Origin: Hyphomicrobiales bacterium
GTDB taxonomy: Bacteria > Pseudomonadota > Alphaproteobacteria > Rhizobiales > JANPGK01
Reading direction: 5' to 3'
Assembly: GCA_031423895.1 (NCBI GenBank)
Contig: JANPGK010000002.1
Location: forward strand, 20,837-84,836
Length of the DNA: 64,000 nt
The translations under genes and the position numbers were made by a program. The notes under the pieces are model-generated. The model was given only the letters and a program-made list of their open reading frames with translations. It did no database searches and was not told the DNA's origin. Shown here piece by piece: positions 1 to 13,000 of the stretch. The number at the start of each line of letters is the position of its first letter. The first letter of the stretch is position 1.

Positions 1-648
1 ATTTATTTGCACACTGCCACGCCTGAAACTGGCGGCGATGTGTTGCGCGCTGTGGCCACCGATGGCCACCGCTTGGCCAAGGCCGATATGCCCGCGCCTG
101 AAGGTAGCACTGGCATGCCAGGTGTAATTGTGCCGCGCAAAACCGTGGGCGAGCTGAACAAGCTGCTGGGCGAGGCGGATGGTGAGCTGCAAATTGCATT
201 GTCCACCACCAAAATTCGCTTCACTTTTGCCCATGTTGTGCTCACATCAAAATTGATCGACGGCACATTCCCTGATTATGCCCGCGTGATCCCCTTCAAC
301 AACACCCGCCATTTAGATGTCGATTGTGAGATTTTCAAACGCGCGGTTGATCGTGTCGCCACTTTGTCCTCTGAACGCGGCCGCGCCATTAAATTTGCGG
401 CCTCGGCTGAACGGTTGCTCCTCACCTGTATCAACCCTGATACGGGCACCGCAACCGAGGAAGTGGAAGTGAGTTTTGAAGGCGAGGAAATTGAAATTGG
501 GTTCAATTCCAAATATTTGCTCGATGTGGCCAATAAGGTTGAAGGCGAATCCATCCACTTCCGCCTGGCCGACGCCAGCAGCCCTGCGCTGATTGAAGAC
601 ACCAAAGACAAACACTGCCTCTACGTGCTCATGCCAATGCGGGTGTAA
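1..648 (+). CDS. dnaN: DNA polymerase III beta sliding clamp, 3' portion (5' end upstream of window)
   Basis: Frame is open from base 1. Translation (ATDGHRLA, FNSKYLLD, ends LMPMRV) matches DnaN domains II-III. Confidence 0.9.
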   Translation: MYLHTATPETGGDVLRAVATDGHRLAKADMPAPEGSTGMPGVIVPRKTVGELNKLLGEADGELQIALSTTKIRFTFAHVVLTSKLIDGTFPDYARVIPFNNTRHLDVDCEIFKRAVDRVATLSSERGRAIKFAASAERLLLTCINPDTGTATEEVEVSFEGEEIEIGFNSKYLLDVANKVEGESIHFRLADASSPALIEDTKDKHCLYVLMPMRV

Positions 649-667
649 CCGCAGATCAGGATACACA

Positions 668-1030
668 ATGCCTGACGAAGCCAGCCCTTTGTGGCCAATA
701 CTGCGTGCAGCGTTGAGCAAACGCTGCCCCAAATGTGGGCAAGCGCCGCTATTTCGCACCTATTTGAAGCAAGTGGACACCTGCGCCAATTGCGGCGAGG
801 CCTTTGGCCATATTCGCGCCGATGACGCCCCCGCTTGGCTGACGATCATCGTAATGGGGCATGTGCTGGCCTTCACATTGATGTTTATTGCCCCCAGCAC
901 CAATTGGCCCATGTGGGTCAATATTCTAGTGTGGCAAAGCTTCGCAATTGGCATGGTATTCTGGCTATTGCCGCGCGCCAAGGCCATCTTCATCGCCATT
1001 ATTTGGCGCACGGGGGCAAATGGGGAGTGA
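668..1030 (+). CDS. DUF983 family zinc-ribbon membrane protein
   Basis: CPKCG...CANCG zinc ribbon followed by two hydrophobic helices. Start moved to the internal ATG at 668, because the longer ORF overlaps the dnaN end. Confidence 0.7.
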   Translation: MPDEASPLWPILRAALSKRCPKCGQAPLFRTYLKQVDTCANCGEAFGHIRADDAPAWLTIIVMGHVLAFTLMFIAPSTNWPMWVNILVWQSFAIGMVFWLLPRAKAIFIAIIWRTGANGE

Positions 1031-1036
1031 GTGGGG

Positions 1037-3514
<2,478 letters not shown>

Positions 3515-3645
3515 TCACCTGTGTGAGCAGTCAAAATTGATTCATAATTTCTAGCGCATTTTGTATAGTTTAGCAAATCATTCAGACCTGTGGAAAAATG
3601 ATTTTTTTATTATGTATTACAATGGGTTGATGGCATTAGATTCTT

Positions 3646-3759
3646 TCCCCTCTCCCCCTGCGGGAGAGGGTGCCCGATAGGGCGGGTGAGGGGGACTCTT
3701 TAAGATTTTCACCCTCATCCGCTGCTGCGCAGCACCTTCTCCCGTCAAGGGAGAAGGAA
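3646..3759. repeat. R1 composite palindromic element, copy a
   Basis: Hairpin ccctctccc/gggagaggg, then gggcgggtgagggg pairing with accctcatccgc, a small palindrome tgctgcgcagca, and a terminal hairpin ccttctccc/gggagaagg. Same architecture at 28196, 43874 and 47009. Confidence 0.85.
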
Positions 3760-3761
3760 GA

Positions 3762-4982
3762 TCAAATTTCCACGAACTGCGCCACGCTGCCCCATGCGCG
3801 GTAGGCGTCTACATCGGTGCCTGTCAGCCACGCCTGCACACCCAATTGTTGCAAGGCGGCCAGCACCGCGCCACGGCGGGCGGGGTCGAGATGGGCGCAC
3901 ACTTCATCGAGCAAAATGATGGGATTGAAGCCCTGCTGCTGTGCCAAAATATGCGCATGGGCAAGGATCAGCCGCAATAATAAGGCCTTTTGTTCGCCAG
4001 TTGAAGCGTCCACCGCGAGGCAATTTTTCGCGCCATGCAGCACGCACACATCCGCCACATGCGGCCCCATCAGCGTGCGGCCCTGCTGCGCATCCCGCGC
4101 ACGATTATAGGCAAACATAGCCTGCGTGTGGGGCACAAAGTCGTGCGGTTCTAGCGTCGCCAATTGCTTTTCATAGGCACCCTCCAGCCACACATCTGCC
4201 CATGGTAGTGGTGCGTGCTCATCACGCGTTTGCGCCAAATGCGCGCGTAGCAGGTCGATGATGTGCAACCGCGTGGTGGACACTAACACGGCATATTCAG
4301 CCAATTCCTGCTCGATTGCGCTCAGCCATGTGGCATCATAGCGAGTTTGGGTGAGCAGCCTCATGCGCGATTGCAGCAGTTTTTCATATTTTAGTACATT
4401 GGCGGCGTGGTTCGGGTGCAGGTTGAGCGCCAACCGATCGAGAAATTTGCGGCGCTCCGAAGGCGTATCCCGCAGCAGCCTATCCATATCAGGTGTGAGC
4501 CACAAAATGCTAATATGCTGGCCGCATGCCGCAATTGAAGCCTCCTCCGTGCCATCAATATGCACCACGCGCTGCTTTTGTCCCGTAGCACTGCGCTGCA
4601 GCCCTGTGCCCAATTGCACAGGTGCAAAACTTCCCTCCACATGCAGCGAGGCCACCCATAAGCCATCGCCCTTCGTGTTGTTTGATTGAGGGTGTTCCCC
4701 CTCAAACTCCCCCACGCTGCGCGCTGCGCTAGCGCTTGTTCCCAATGCTGGCGCATTGGGGATAATTTTACCACGATACGGCAATGCGCTCCCATTGGCG
4801 CGCCGCAAGCCACGCCCTGGGGTGAACAGCGAAATCGCCTCTAAAATATTGGTTTTGCCGGCGCCATTTGCCCCCGTAATCACCACGGGGCGGCCATCAA
4901 GCTGCCAGCTTAATGCCACATGCGAGCGAAAATTCTGAAGCACTAAGCGCGTGATGTAACGAAGGGATGGTGGTGTATCCAT
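3762..4982 (-). CDS. recF: DNA replication and repair protein RecF (with extra in-frame segment)
   Basis: Walker A GANGAGKTNILEAI and a C-terminal ILLDEV..HLD signature. About 40 extra residues follow GRGLRRA compared with E. coli RecF. Confidence 0.9.
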   Translation of the reverse strand: MDTPPSLRYITRLVLQNFRSHVALSWQLDGRPVVITGANGAGKTNILEAISLFTPGRGLRRANGSALPYRGKIIPNAPALGTSASAARSVGEFEGEHPQSNNTKGDGLWVASLHVEGSFAPVQLGTGLQRSATGQKQRVVHIDGTEEASIAACGQHISILWLTPDMDRLLRDTPSERRKFLDRLALNLHPNHAANVLKYEKLLQSRMRLLTQTRYDATWLSAIEQELAEYAVLVSTTRLHIIDLLRAHLAQTRDEHAPLPWADVWLEGAYEKQLATLEPHDFVPHTQAMFAYNRARDAQQGRTLMGPHVADVCVLHGAKNCLAVDASTGEQKALLLRLILAHAHILAQQQGFNPIILLDEVCAHLDPARRGAVLAALQQLGVQAWLTGTDVDAYRAWGSVAQFVEI

Positions 4983-4987
4983 TTCAA

Positions 4988-6247
4988 TTATGGCCGCACT
5001 TGCCCACTACCGCGCACTTTGTATTTAAACGTGGTGAGCTGCTCCAACCCCACAGGCCCGCGCGCGTGGAATTTGCCCGTGGCAATGCCAATTTCTGCGC
5101 CAAAGCCAAATTCACCACCATCGGCAAATTGGGTGGAGGCATTGTGCAGCACAATTGCGCTATCAACACCATTAAGGAATGCTTCCGCTGCGGCAGCATC
5201 CTCTGCGATGATCGAATCTGTGTGATGCGAGCCATAGGTTTCAATGTGGTGGATGGCCGCTTGCAGCCCTTCCACCACGCGGATGGAAATGATGGCATCG
5301 AGATATTCCGTGCGCCAGTCCTCTTCCGTTGCTGGAGTTACGCGTGGATCTGCCATTTGCGTTGCCGCGTCGCCGCGCACTGCGCAGCCAGCACCCAGCA
5401 ACATCTGCACAATGGGCTGCAAATGGGTGGTGGCACAGGCGGCATCCACCAGCACCGTTTCGGCCGAGCCACACACGCCCGTGCGGCGCAGCTTTGCATT
5501 TTTGATCACATCCAGCGCCATGGTTAAATCGGCATTCTCATGCACATACACATGGCAAATGCCCTCTAGATGCGCGAAAACAGGCACACGCGCCTCGTCC
5601 TGCACCCGCGCCACCAGCGGCTTGCCACCACGCGGCACAATCACATCGATCGTGTTATTCAGCCCTTGCAACATAAGCCCCACCGCATCGCGATTGGTGC
5701 TGCGCACATAGGAAATGGCGGCTTCTGGCAGGCCAGCTGACTTCAACCCCGCCACACACGCGGCATGGAGCGCCAGCGCCGAGTGGATGCTTTCTGAACC
5801 GCCGCGCAAAATCACTGCATTGCCAGATTTCAGGCACAAGGCCGCTGCATCTACGGTGACATTTGGGCGGCTTTCAAAAATCACGCCAATCACCCCCAAA
5901 GGCGTGCGCACGCGCTGCATATGCAAGCCGTTAGGGCGCTGCCAGTCGGCGATCACTTCGCCCACAGGGTCTGGCAAATTAATAATAATATCAAGCGAGG
6001 CAGCGATGTCGTCTATTCGTTTTTCGGTCAGCGCCAACCGATCAATAAACGCATCTGGCCGGCCATTGGCACGCGCAGCGGCTAAATCTTGCGCATTGGC
6101 AGCTAAAATTTCAGGTGTCGTAGCACGCAAAGCGGTAGCGATTGCCGCCAATGCTGCATTTTTCTGCTGTGTGCTGGCCTGCGCCATAACGCTCGCCGCA
6201 GCCTTTGCCGCCGCACCAAGTGCATTCATTTCTTGAATCAGTGACAT
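4988..6247 (-). CDS. proA: gamma-glutamyl phosphate reductase
   Basis: Aldehyde dehydrogenase-like ProA translation. Start set at the internal Met (MSLIQEMN), because the upstream 16 codons read through repeat R2a. Confidence 0.93.
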   Translation of the reverse strand: MSLIQEMNALGAAAKAAASVMAQASTQQKNAALAAIATALRATTPEILAANAQDLAAARANGRPDAFIDRLALTEKRIDDIAASLDIIINLPDPVGEVIADWQRPNGLHMQRVRTPLGVIGVIFESRPNVTVDAAALCLKSGNAVILRGGSESIHSALALHAACVAGLKSAGLPEAAISYVRSTNRDAVGLMLQGLNNTIDVIVPRGGKPLVARVQDEARVPVFAHLEGICHVYVHENADLTMALDVIKNAKLRRTGVCGSAETVLVDAACATTHLQPIVQMLLGAGCAVRGDAATQMADPRVTPATEEDWRTEYLDAIISIRVVEGLQAAIHHIETYGSHHTDSIIAEDAAAAEAFLNGVDSAIVLHNASTQFADGGEFGFGAEIGIATGKFHARGPVGLEQLTTFKYKVRGSGQVRP

Positions 6248-6254
6248 TATATCT

Positions 6255-6370
6255 CCATCATCTTCGGCCTGAAGCCGAGGATCTACTTGAAACAAAAATC
6301 ATACAGAAGTGGATTCTCGGGTCAACCCCCTACGCTAAAGCTACGGCGGTCAAGAGCCGGAGGATGACTG
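6255..6370. repeat. R2 palindromic element, copy a (degenerate, extended)
   Basis: catcatcttcggcctgaagccgaggatct hairpin, a spacer, then ...ctcgggtcaa...gagccggaggatgac. Related to copies at 14360, 16276 and 59304. Confidence 0.7.
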
Positions 6371-6379
6371 CAGGGCAAA

Positions 6380-8353
6380 TTATGCCATATGTTTACTGAT
6401 TTTCTCCGCAATTGCGTCTTTGGTCAAACCAAAATGCGCATATACAGCGTCAATCGGGCCGCTGGCGCCATAGCCTTCCATGCCGAAGAACAGGCCATTG
6501 CTGCCAATTATGGCATCCCAACCTAAACGCAAGCCCGCTTCAATGGCAATTTTCAGCGGTTCTTGGCCAATGATTTCCGCTTTATAGGCGGCATCTTGCT
6601 GATAGAACAAATCCATACATGGCACCGAAACAACGCGCGCCATGATTTTTTTACTGGCCAAAATTTCAGCCACACCAAGCGCCAAGCTCACTTCCGAACC
6701 GCTGGCGAAAATCACGGCCGTGGTTTTTTTCGCGCAGCCGATGGTGTATGCGCCTTTGGCCACCAAATTTTCTACCACATGCTCTGTGCGAATAGCAGGC
6801 AAATTTTGGCGCGTGAGGGCATATAATGAAGGCGTGCGGGTTGAGTTCAAGCCACATTCCCACGCCTCAATCGTTTCCACCACATCGGCAGGGCGGAACA
6901 CATTGAGGTTTGGAATGGCACGCAAACACGCCAAATGCTCCACAGGCTGATGGGTTGGGCCATCTTCGCCCACGCCAATGCTATCGTGCGTCATCACATA
7001 ATTCACGCGAATGCCCATGAGTGCCGAAAGCCGAATGGCGGGGCGGCAATAGTCGGAGAACACCATGAATGTGCCGCCGTAAGGGATAAACCCGCCATGC
7101 AGCGCAATGCCGTTCATCGCGGCAGCCATGGCATGTTCGCGAATGCCATAATGCATATAGCGCCCGCTGTGATCGTCCTTAGTGAATTGCGTTTGCGCCT
7201 TGGTTTTTGTGTTGTTCGAACCTGTTAAATCGGCCGAACCACCCAATAATTCAGGGGCTGCCAGTGTAAGGGTTTCGAGCGCAATTTCAGAGGCTTTACG
7301 CGTCGCCACACATTGCGCAGCGGCGGCGGCATCCTTTTTGGCTTTTTGCACGGCAGCGCCGAAGCCTTCGAACAAATCGCCCACAATGCGGCGCTTAAAT
7401 TCAGCTTGCACATCTTCAGGAGCGGCGGCCACACGGGCCTCCCACGCCATGCGATTGCCGGCCCAACGTGTACCAATAGCGGCCCAATCAGCTTTCACAT
7501 CCGCAGCAATTTCGAATGCACCCAATGGCACGCCCAATTTTTCTTTGGTAGCGGCGTTTTCAGTTGCGCCCAAGGGAGAGCCGTGAATGCTCGATGTGCC
7601 CGCTTTGGAGGAGCCATAGCCGATGGTGGTTTTGCAGGCGATCAGCACTGGCGATTTGGCGCGTGCACCCACCGCAATGGCGCGCTCAATATCGGCCAGA
7701 TTATGTCCATTGCACGCATCTATATGCCAGCCCGCGGCTTTAAAACGCATCAATGTGTCGGAGGAGTCGGCTAACGATGTAGCGCCATCAATTGTGATTT
7801 GGTTATCGTCGAACAACACCACCAAATTGCTGAGCTTTAAATGGCCCGCAAGGGTAATGGCTTCTTGCGAAATGCCTTCCATCAAATCGCCATCAGACAC
7901 CACAACATAGGTTTTGTGACGCACCAAATCGGCCCCAAATTCTGCATTCAGTGCGCGCTCCGCAATTGCAAACCCAACCGCAGTGGCTAAGCCCTGCCCC
8001 AATGGGCCGGTGGTGGTTTCCACGCCTTGGGTGTGGCCATATTCAGGATGGCCAGGGGTTTTGCTGCCCAGCTGGCGGAATTTTTTCAGATCTTCCAGCT
8101 GCACATCGTCATAGCCACACAAATGCAGCAGCGAATACAGCAATGCCGAGCCATGCCCCGCAGAAAGGATAAAGCGGTCGCGGTCTGGCCAATCGGGCGT
8201 TTTCGCATCAAATTTCAAGAATTTACTGAACAACACTGTGACCACATCGGCCATGCCCAGCGGTAAACCAGGGTGACCAGAATTGGCGGCATCCACCATA
8301 TCGATTGAAAGCGCACGCAGCGCATTGGCAAGCACTCGAAGATCTTGTGTCAT
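6380..8353 (-). CDS. tkt: transketolase
   Basis: GHPGLPLGMADV and DGDLMEGIS thiamine-diphosphate motifs. Start at the internal Met MTQDLRVLAN. Confidence 0.95.
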   Translation of the reverse strand: MTQDLRVLANALRALSIDMVDAANSGHPGLPLGMADVVTVLFSKFLKFDAKTPDWPDRDRFILSAGHGSALLYSLLHLCGYDDVQLEDLKKFRQLGSKTPGHPEYGHTQGVETTTGPLGQGLATAVGFAIAERALNAEFGADLVRHKTYVVVSDGDLMEGISQEAITLAGHLKLSNLVVLFDDNQITIDGATSLADSSDTLMRFKAAGWHIDACNGHNLADIERAIAVGARAKSPVLIACKTTIGYGSSKAGTSSIHGSPLGATENAATKEKLGVPLGAFEIAADVKADWAAIGTRWAGNRMAWEARVAAAPEDVQAEFKRRIVGDLFEGFGAAVQKAKKDAAAAAQCVATRKASEIALETLTLAAPELLGGSADLTGSNNTKTKAQTQFTKDDHSGRYMHYGIREHAMAAAMNGIALHGGFIPYGGTFMVFSDYCRPAIRLSALMGIRVNYVMTHDSIGVGEDGPTHQPVEHLACLRAIPNLNVFRPADVVETIEAWECGLNSTRTPSLYALTRQNLPAIRTEHVVENLVAKGAYTIGCAKKTTAVIFASGSEVSLALGVAEILASKKIMARVVSVPCMDLFYQQDAAYKAEIIGQEPLKIAIEAGLRLGWDAIIGSNGLFFGMEGYGASGPIDAVYAHFGLTKDAIAEKISKHMA

Positions 8354-8479
8354 GGTATCACTTTCACTGTAAAAAACTGCCCTTTGAATAAAAGGAACAT
8401 GAGGTAAAGTCAATGAATGAGATAGCCTATTTTCTCGAATCAATTATGATATGGTGAATGTCACAGGGAACTCGCGCAA

Positions 8480-8749
8480 ATGTCTGAATATCATACACTC
8501 ATTTCGGCCTTAGAGCGCCTCAATGCGGCGGCCACCCGCGTGGAATCGGCCATTGCAAAAACCCGCACCAGCAACCCTGCTCCTTCTCAAGAGGCGTTGC
8601 GTGCCGCGCAGGCTGAAATTGAACGCCTGAGCGCCCGCACCCAAACGCTGGAGCAGGTGAATAAAGACATTGAGCAGCGCCTGAACACCGCCATTTCCAA
8701 AGTGCAAACCGTGCTGTCGCACCAAGGAGCTCAAAATGCCGCAAATTAA
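8480..8749 (+). CDS. DUF4164-type coiled-coil protein (ZauP-like partner upstream of zapA)
   Basis: 89-aa coiled-coil protein that overlaps the zapA start. This position is typical of alphaproteobacteria. Confidence 0.55.
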   Translation: MSEYHTLISALERLNAAATRVESAIAKTRTSNPAPSQEALRAAQAEIERLSARTQTLEQVNKDIEQRLNTAISKVQTVLSHQGAQNAAN

Positions 8750-9074
8750 TGTGACGATTGCAGGGCGCAGTTATAGAATGGCGTGCGAAGAAGGCCAAGA
8801 AGCGCATGTTGAAGGCTTAGCCGCAGGGCTGGATTCGCGAATTGAAGGGTTGAAAGGTACATTTGGTGAAATTGGGGATCAACGCCTCATTGTGATCGCC
8901 TCACTCATTGTGTGCGACGAATTGCAAGAACTCAAAAGCAAAATTGCCAAATTAGAAGCCAAAGTGGCCGCACCCGCTGCTCCCACCCTCAACCCTGAAC
9001 ATCTGGCACATACTGTAAATGCCATCGCGCAGCGGTTGGAGAGTTTGGCAGATGGGTTGGCGGCACAGGCTTAA
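8736..9074 (+). CDS. zapA: cell division protein ZapA
   Basis: INVTIAGRSYRMACEEGQEAHV N-terminal ZapA fold followed by a C-terminal coiled coil. Confidence 0.8.
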   Translation: MPQINVTIAGRSYRMACEEGQEAHVEGLAAGLDSRIEGLKGTFGEIGDQRLIVIASLIVCDELQELKSKIAKLEAKVAAPAAPTLNPEHLAHTVNAIAQRLESLADGLAAQA

Positions 9075-9077
9075 GCC

Positions 9078-9776
9078 TCACCCCACATCAATCACAAGCA
9101 CTTCGCAATCGGTGAGTGCAGTGAGTGTGATGGCGGCCTCACGCGTAATTTCGGCGCCATCGCCTGCCGTTAAGGCCACATCATTCACCCGAAATTGCCC
9201 CGCGCTGGCCAACACATAGCCATTGCGCGTGAGGGGGTGGGTGAATGTGGTGCCCGCATTCAACTTGCCACCATAAATGGCGGCATCGGCATGAATGTGC
9301 ATAGCGCCCGCATTTTTATGTTCATGCAAGCCCGAAACCAAAAGCGTGAGGGCGGATTCCACGGGCGATTTTGGAAAGGCTTTCGCGTCCCACCGCGGTG
9401 CCACATCGCGCGCATTTGGTACAATCCAAATTTGATAGAGCGTGGTGGGTTCAACCTCGCGGTTATATTCGCTATGCTGCACGCCTGTGCCGGCGCTCAT
9501 CACCTGCACATCTCCCGCTGCTGTGCGCCCTTCATTGCCCATGCTGTCCTGGTGCGTAATCGCGCCGCTGCGCACATAAGTGATGATTTCCATATTATCA
9601 TGCGGGTGGCGGCCAAAGCCGCGCCCAGCGGCGATTGTGTCGTCATTAATCACCAGCACATTGCCAAACCCCATGCGTGCTGGGTTGTGGTAATTGGCAA
9701 AGCTGAAATGGTGCCGCGCATCCAACCAGCCATGGTTGGCGTGGCCGAGAGAGGAAAATGGGATGTGTGTGATCAT
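9078..9776 (-). CDS. pirin family protein
   Basis: Bicupin with HPHDNMEIITYV and GTGVQHSE motifs. Confidence 0.85.
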   Translation of the reverse strand: MITHIPFSSLGHANHGWLDARHHFSFANYHNPARMGFGNVLVINDDTIAAGRGFGRHPHDNMEIITYVRSGAITHQDSMGNEGRTAAGDVQVMSAGTGVQHSEYNREVEPTTLYQIWIVPNARDVAPRWDAKAFPKSPVESALTLLVSGLHEHKNAGAMHIHADAAIYGGKLNAGTTFTHPLTRNGYVLASAGQFRVNDVALTAGDGAEITREAAITLTALTDCEVLVIDVG

Positions 9777-9785
9777 GCAGGAAGA

Positions 9786-10166
9786 TTATTGTTCTTCATT
9801 TGAATTGTAAACACTCAAAATATTTTGACGCAAAGCCTGAGCGAAGCATCCACCTAATAATAGCGCAACGCTTAAAATTCTAACGGATTTATTTCTCAAA
9901 AAATCATTCAAAACAGTATTTAGAGCTTCACATCTTTCTAATCGTATTTTATTAATTTTTACTATATTTTTTACATACTGAGATTTGATTTCTCTTCTTT
10001 CATAACTTGAAATAATTCTATTTATATGAACCGTCCCCCCATCCACACATTTTGTGGCGGTTTTTATTTCGTCTTCGCTTGGATTTTCATCAAGAAAACA
10101 ATTTATAACTTGTTTTCCGCCACCATGGATATAGTAATCAACACGTTCAGAAATTGAAAAACTCAT
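9786..10166 (-). CDS. AT-rich hypothetical protein with C-terminal hydrophobic anchor
   Basis: 126-aa ORF in a sharply AT-rich segment. The C-terminus SVRILSVALLLGGCFAQAL is hydrophobic. No recognisable family. Confidence 0.5.
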   Translation of the reverse strand: MSFSISERVDYYIHGGGKQVINCFLDENPSEDEIKTATKCVDGGTVHINRIISSYERREIKSQYVKNIVKINKIRLERCEALNTVLNDFLRNKSVRILSVALLLGGCFAQALRQNILSVYNSNEEQ

Positions 10167-10249
10167 AATTTCACACTAATTGTAATATAAAAAATATTTG
10201 CTCACGCCTCACAAAACATACTTAGCATAAATTAAATGTAATGTATAGG

Positions 10250-10999
10250 TTACCCCTGCAATTGCGCCAGCGTTTTATAATCTGTCAAATCGAGCTGCAG
10301 CGGTGTGACAGAAATATACCCTGCCTCGATTGCGTGCAGGTCCGTGCCTGCCACAAAATCTTCCACCGCATGTTTAAAGCCAATCCAATAATAGGGGAAG
10401 CCACGGCCATCATTACGCTGGTCAATCCGCAATTGGTCAGCACTACGGAAGCCTTGGCGCGTGAATTGCACGCCCTTCACATTTTCAGCAGGAATGGGCG
10501 GAAAATTCACGTTCAACAATGTGCCCTTTGGCAGTGGCTGTGCTAATAATTGTTTCATCAGCGCGGGTGCATGGGTGCGTGCCGTGTTCCACTCAATCCC
10601 CTCGCGGTTTTCATAGGCATAGGCTTGGCTAAGCGCGATGGAGGGAATGCCAAACACCGTGCCTTCAATTGCGCCCGCCACGGTGCCTGAATAGGTGACA
10701 TCATCGGCCAAATTTTCCCCACGATTCACGCCCGAAAGCACCAAATCCGGCTTTTCTGGCATCAGCTTATGAATGGCCAAAATTACGCAATCGGTGGGCG
10801 TGCCACGCACAGCATAGTGCTGATCAGCAATTTTGCGCACGCGTAAGGGGTCGGAGAGTGTGAGGGCATGGGCCACGCCCGATTGATCCGTTTCAGGCGC
10901 CACCACCCATACATCATCGGAAAGCGTGCGGGCAATTTGCTCCAACACCTTCAGGCCATCGGCATGAATGCCGTCATCATTTGTGATTAAAATCCGCAT
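10250..10999 (-). CDS. surE: 5'/3'-nucleotidase SurE
   Basis: [16 protein letters not shown]-terminus and SGVNRGENL motif. Confidence 0.92.
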   Translation of the reverse strand: MRILITNDDGIHADGLKVLEQIARTLSDDVWVVAPETDQSGVAHALTLSDPLRVRKIADQHYAVRGTPTDCVILAIHKLMPEKPDLVLSGVNRGENLADDVTYSGTVAGAIEGTVFGIPSIALSQAYAYENREGIEWNTARTHAPALMKQLLAQPLPKGTLLNVNFPPIPAENVKGVQFTRQGFRSADQLRIDQRNDGRGFPYYWIGFKHAVEDFVAGTDLHAIEAGYISVTPLQLDLTDYKTLAQLQG

Positions 11000-11008
11000 G
11001 AATCATCC

Positions 11009-11773
11009 TTATTCCACATCACACTGCTTCACCACCCGCTCAATTTCAAGTGTCAATGCTTTGCGATTTTCCACCAACGCTTGCGGCATGGGCGGGTGAA
11101 TGGTGATGCGCATATCAATACCACCTTGCTGCAGCACATAGGCCACGTGGGAGAGCATGTCCATGTCGCCATACCAACTTAAAAATGGGCGCTCTTGTTG
11201 GCCGATCGGTAGGCCATGCCAATGGGTGTAGGTGATGGTGACTGGCTGAATCGCCACATTTTTGCCGCCCGCCAGCAACGCCGCACCAATCAATGCCGAT
11301 TTAAACGGCAGCACCCGCGCGCCCGTGCCCGTGGTGCCTTCTGCAAACAGCACCAATGCCTCACCCGCCGCAAAGCGCCCTTCCATTGTGGCGCCAATAT
11401 TTTTGGTTTCCATTTTGCGGGCGCGATCGACAAACACCGTGCGCTGCAGCTTGGCCAACATGCCAAACACAGGCCAGCTGGCAATTTCCGACTTGGCAAT
11501 AAAGCTGAGCGGGGCAATGGCACCCAATGCCACAATATCAATCCACGACACATGATTGCTCACCAGCAATATAGGTGCACCCCGCGTAAATTGCCCATCC
11601 ACCTTCAGCCGCACCCCCAAAATCCACAAAAGCCCGCGCAAATAAAAGATGGGCAGCCGCGCATATACCCATTGCATGTGTAATTTCAACGCGCACCATT
11701 GCACAGGCGCACACACCAGCGTGAGCATAAGAATGCACAAAAGGGAGGAATAGAGGCGAAGCGTGCGGATCAT
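11009..11773 (-). CDS. plsC: 1-acyl-sn-glycerol-3-phosphate acyltransferase family protein
   Basis: NHVSWIDI (HX4D) acyltransferase motif and FAEGTTG. Start set at the internal Met MIRTLRLY. Confidence 0.75.
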   Translation of the reverse strand: MIRTLRLYSSLLCILMLTLVCAPVQWCALKLHMQWVYARLPIFYLRGLLWILGVRLKVDGQFTRGAPILLVSNHVSWIDIVALGAIAPLSFIAKSEIASWPVFGMLAKLQRTVFVDRARKMETKNIGATMEGRFAAGEALVLFAEGTTGTGARVLPFKSALIGAALLAGGKNVAIQPVTITYTHWHGLPIGQQERPFLSWYGDMDMLSHVAYVLQQGGIDMRITIHPPMPQALVENRKALTLEIERVVKQCDVE

Positions 11774-11786
11774 GGGTGCCCTTTTA

Positions 11787-12311
11787 TCACACTTTCCCCG
11801 CAAAGCCATGCACATATGTGGGCAATGCCTCCAATGGGCAACGCAGAATGAGCGCATCGTGCATGGTGCCATCATAGCCGCGATAATAGGCTTTGCGACG
11901 CCCCACTTCAACAAACCCCGCGCGGGTGTAAAGCATCAATGCGGGGATGTTGCCCGTTTCCACCTCTAAAAACATGGTGGTGGCGCGGCGCGCAGCAGCG
12001 GCAGAAAAGCTATGGTGCAATAACATGCGCCCCAGCCCGAAGCCTTTGAGCCATTGGTGCGTAGCAATGGTGAGAATTTCCGCTTCATCCGCCGCGGTGC
12101 GCACAAGGCAAAACCCCAGCAAATGGCCAAAGGCAAACACGCCCATGCCATGCACATTCTGCTCCGCAAGCATCAGTTCAATATCATGCTCGCTCCACCC
12201 CACGGAAAACCGCGTATGATGCAAAGCGCTCACTGCGTGCGCGTCCCCCTGCGAAAGGGCGCGCAGGCGCAGGAAGGGGCGGAGGAGTTGAGCGATGAAT
12301 GATCGAGCCAT
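11787..12311 (-). CDS. rimI: GNAT N-acetyltransferase, RimI-like
   Basis: GNAT core (WLKGFGLGRMLL, LEVETGNIPALMLYTRAGF). The position next to plsC and miaB is typical for alphaproteobacterial rimI. Confidence 0.6.
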   Translation of the reverse strand: MARSFIAQLLRPFLRLRALSQGDAHAVSALHHTRFSVGWSEHDIELMLAEQNVHGMGVFAFGHLLGFCLVRTAADEAEILTIATHQWLKGFGLGRMLLHHSFSAAAARRATTMFLEVETGNIPALMLYTRAGFVEVGRRKAYYRGYDGTMHDALILRCPLEALPTYVHGFAGKV

Positions 12312-12357
12312 AGATGCAGCATAGCCTTCATAGGCTTATGCATTCAAGCCAGTATGG

Positions 12358-12942
12358 CTACACAATTTCACTATTATTTGTACTTGATGACACATTATTT
12401 CTAATGCACGCCCTAGATAATACATGCCATAGCCCTGCAACAGCAATAAAAGCAATAGAACTCAAATTCATCGCAGCTTTAAAGCCAGCTATTGCACGAT
12501 TCATAGACGCTAGATGTATCTTTTTTGTAATCTCAGGTGGTAAATCACCAGATCCTTCACCAACTGTAAACACCAAATTTTTTATGTCTAAAACTTTCTC
12601 TTGAGCTGCACGCAAAATATTATATCCATATATTTGAACAGCTTCAGTTCCAGCACGATAACCCGCAGTATAGAATGAATTAAAATTAGAGTGTTGAGTA
12701 ACAAAATTTACAGCATTTTCAGCCGTCTGCTTTTCTGTACCTGAACTTAGCGCTTTAAGAAAATCACTTTTTATTGTGTCAGCTGCAGATTTCGCTAAAT
12801 TTTGTTTCAAAATCAGATTAATACAACCTTGTGTAATTTCTATAACATCCCTATTTGACAGTGGAAGTGAATATTGTGAACACATTTGCAAAACTCTTAC
12901 TATGTATATAGTGATAATACCATATCTTGCAGATATCATCAT
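12358..12942 (-). CDS. AT-rich hypothetical protein with C-terminal hydrophobic anchor
   Basis: 194-aa ORF in an AT-rich island. C-terminal GFKAAMNLSSIAFIAVAGLWHVL. Start uncertain (alternative Met at residue 20). Confidence 0.5.
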   Translation of the reverse strand: MMISARYGIITIYIVRVLQMCSQYSLPLSNRDVIEITQGCINLILKQNLAKSAADTIKSDFLKALSSGTEKQTAENAVNFVTQHSNFNSFYTAGYRAGTEAVQIYGYNILRAAQEKVLDIKNLVFTVGEGSGDLPPEITKKIHLASMNRAIAGFKAAMNLSSIAFIAVAGLWHVLSRACIRNNVSSSTNNSEIV

Positions 12943-13000
12943 TTATATCTATTGACAATAGTGCTCAGTTTCACACCTTAAATTCTAAAAGAAACACACC

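Noticed and set aside
3589-3597. DnaA-box-like 9-mer (tgtggaaaa) upstream of gyrB as evidence for oriC.
   Set aside because: It is a single imperfect box with no cluster and no AT-rich unwinding element pattern. That is insufficient to call an origin.
3646-3759. Whether the R1/R2 hairpin repeats represent CRISPR arrays.
   Set aside because: The copies are single, dispersed and in both orientations. They are internally palindromic with no regular repeat-spacer periodicity, and there are no cas genes in the window.
9075-9077. Looked for a 6S RNA (ssrS) downstream of zapA, its usual location.
   Set aside because: The convergent pirin gene ends 3 nt after the zapA stop, so there is no space for an RNA gene here.
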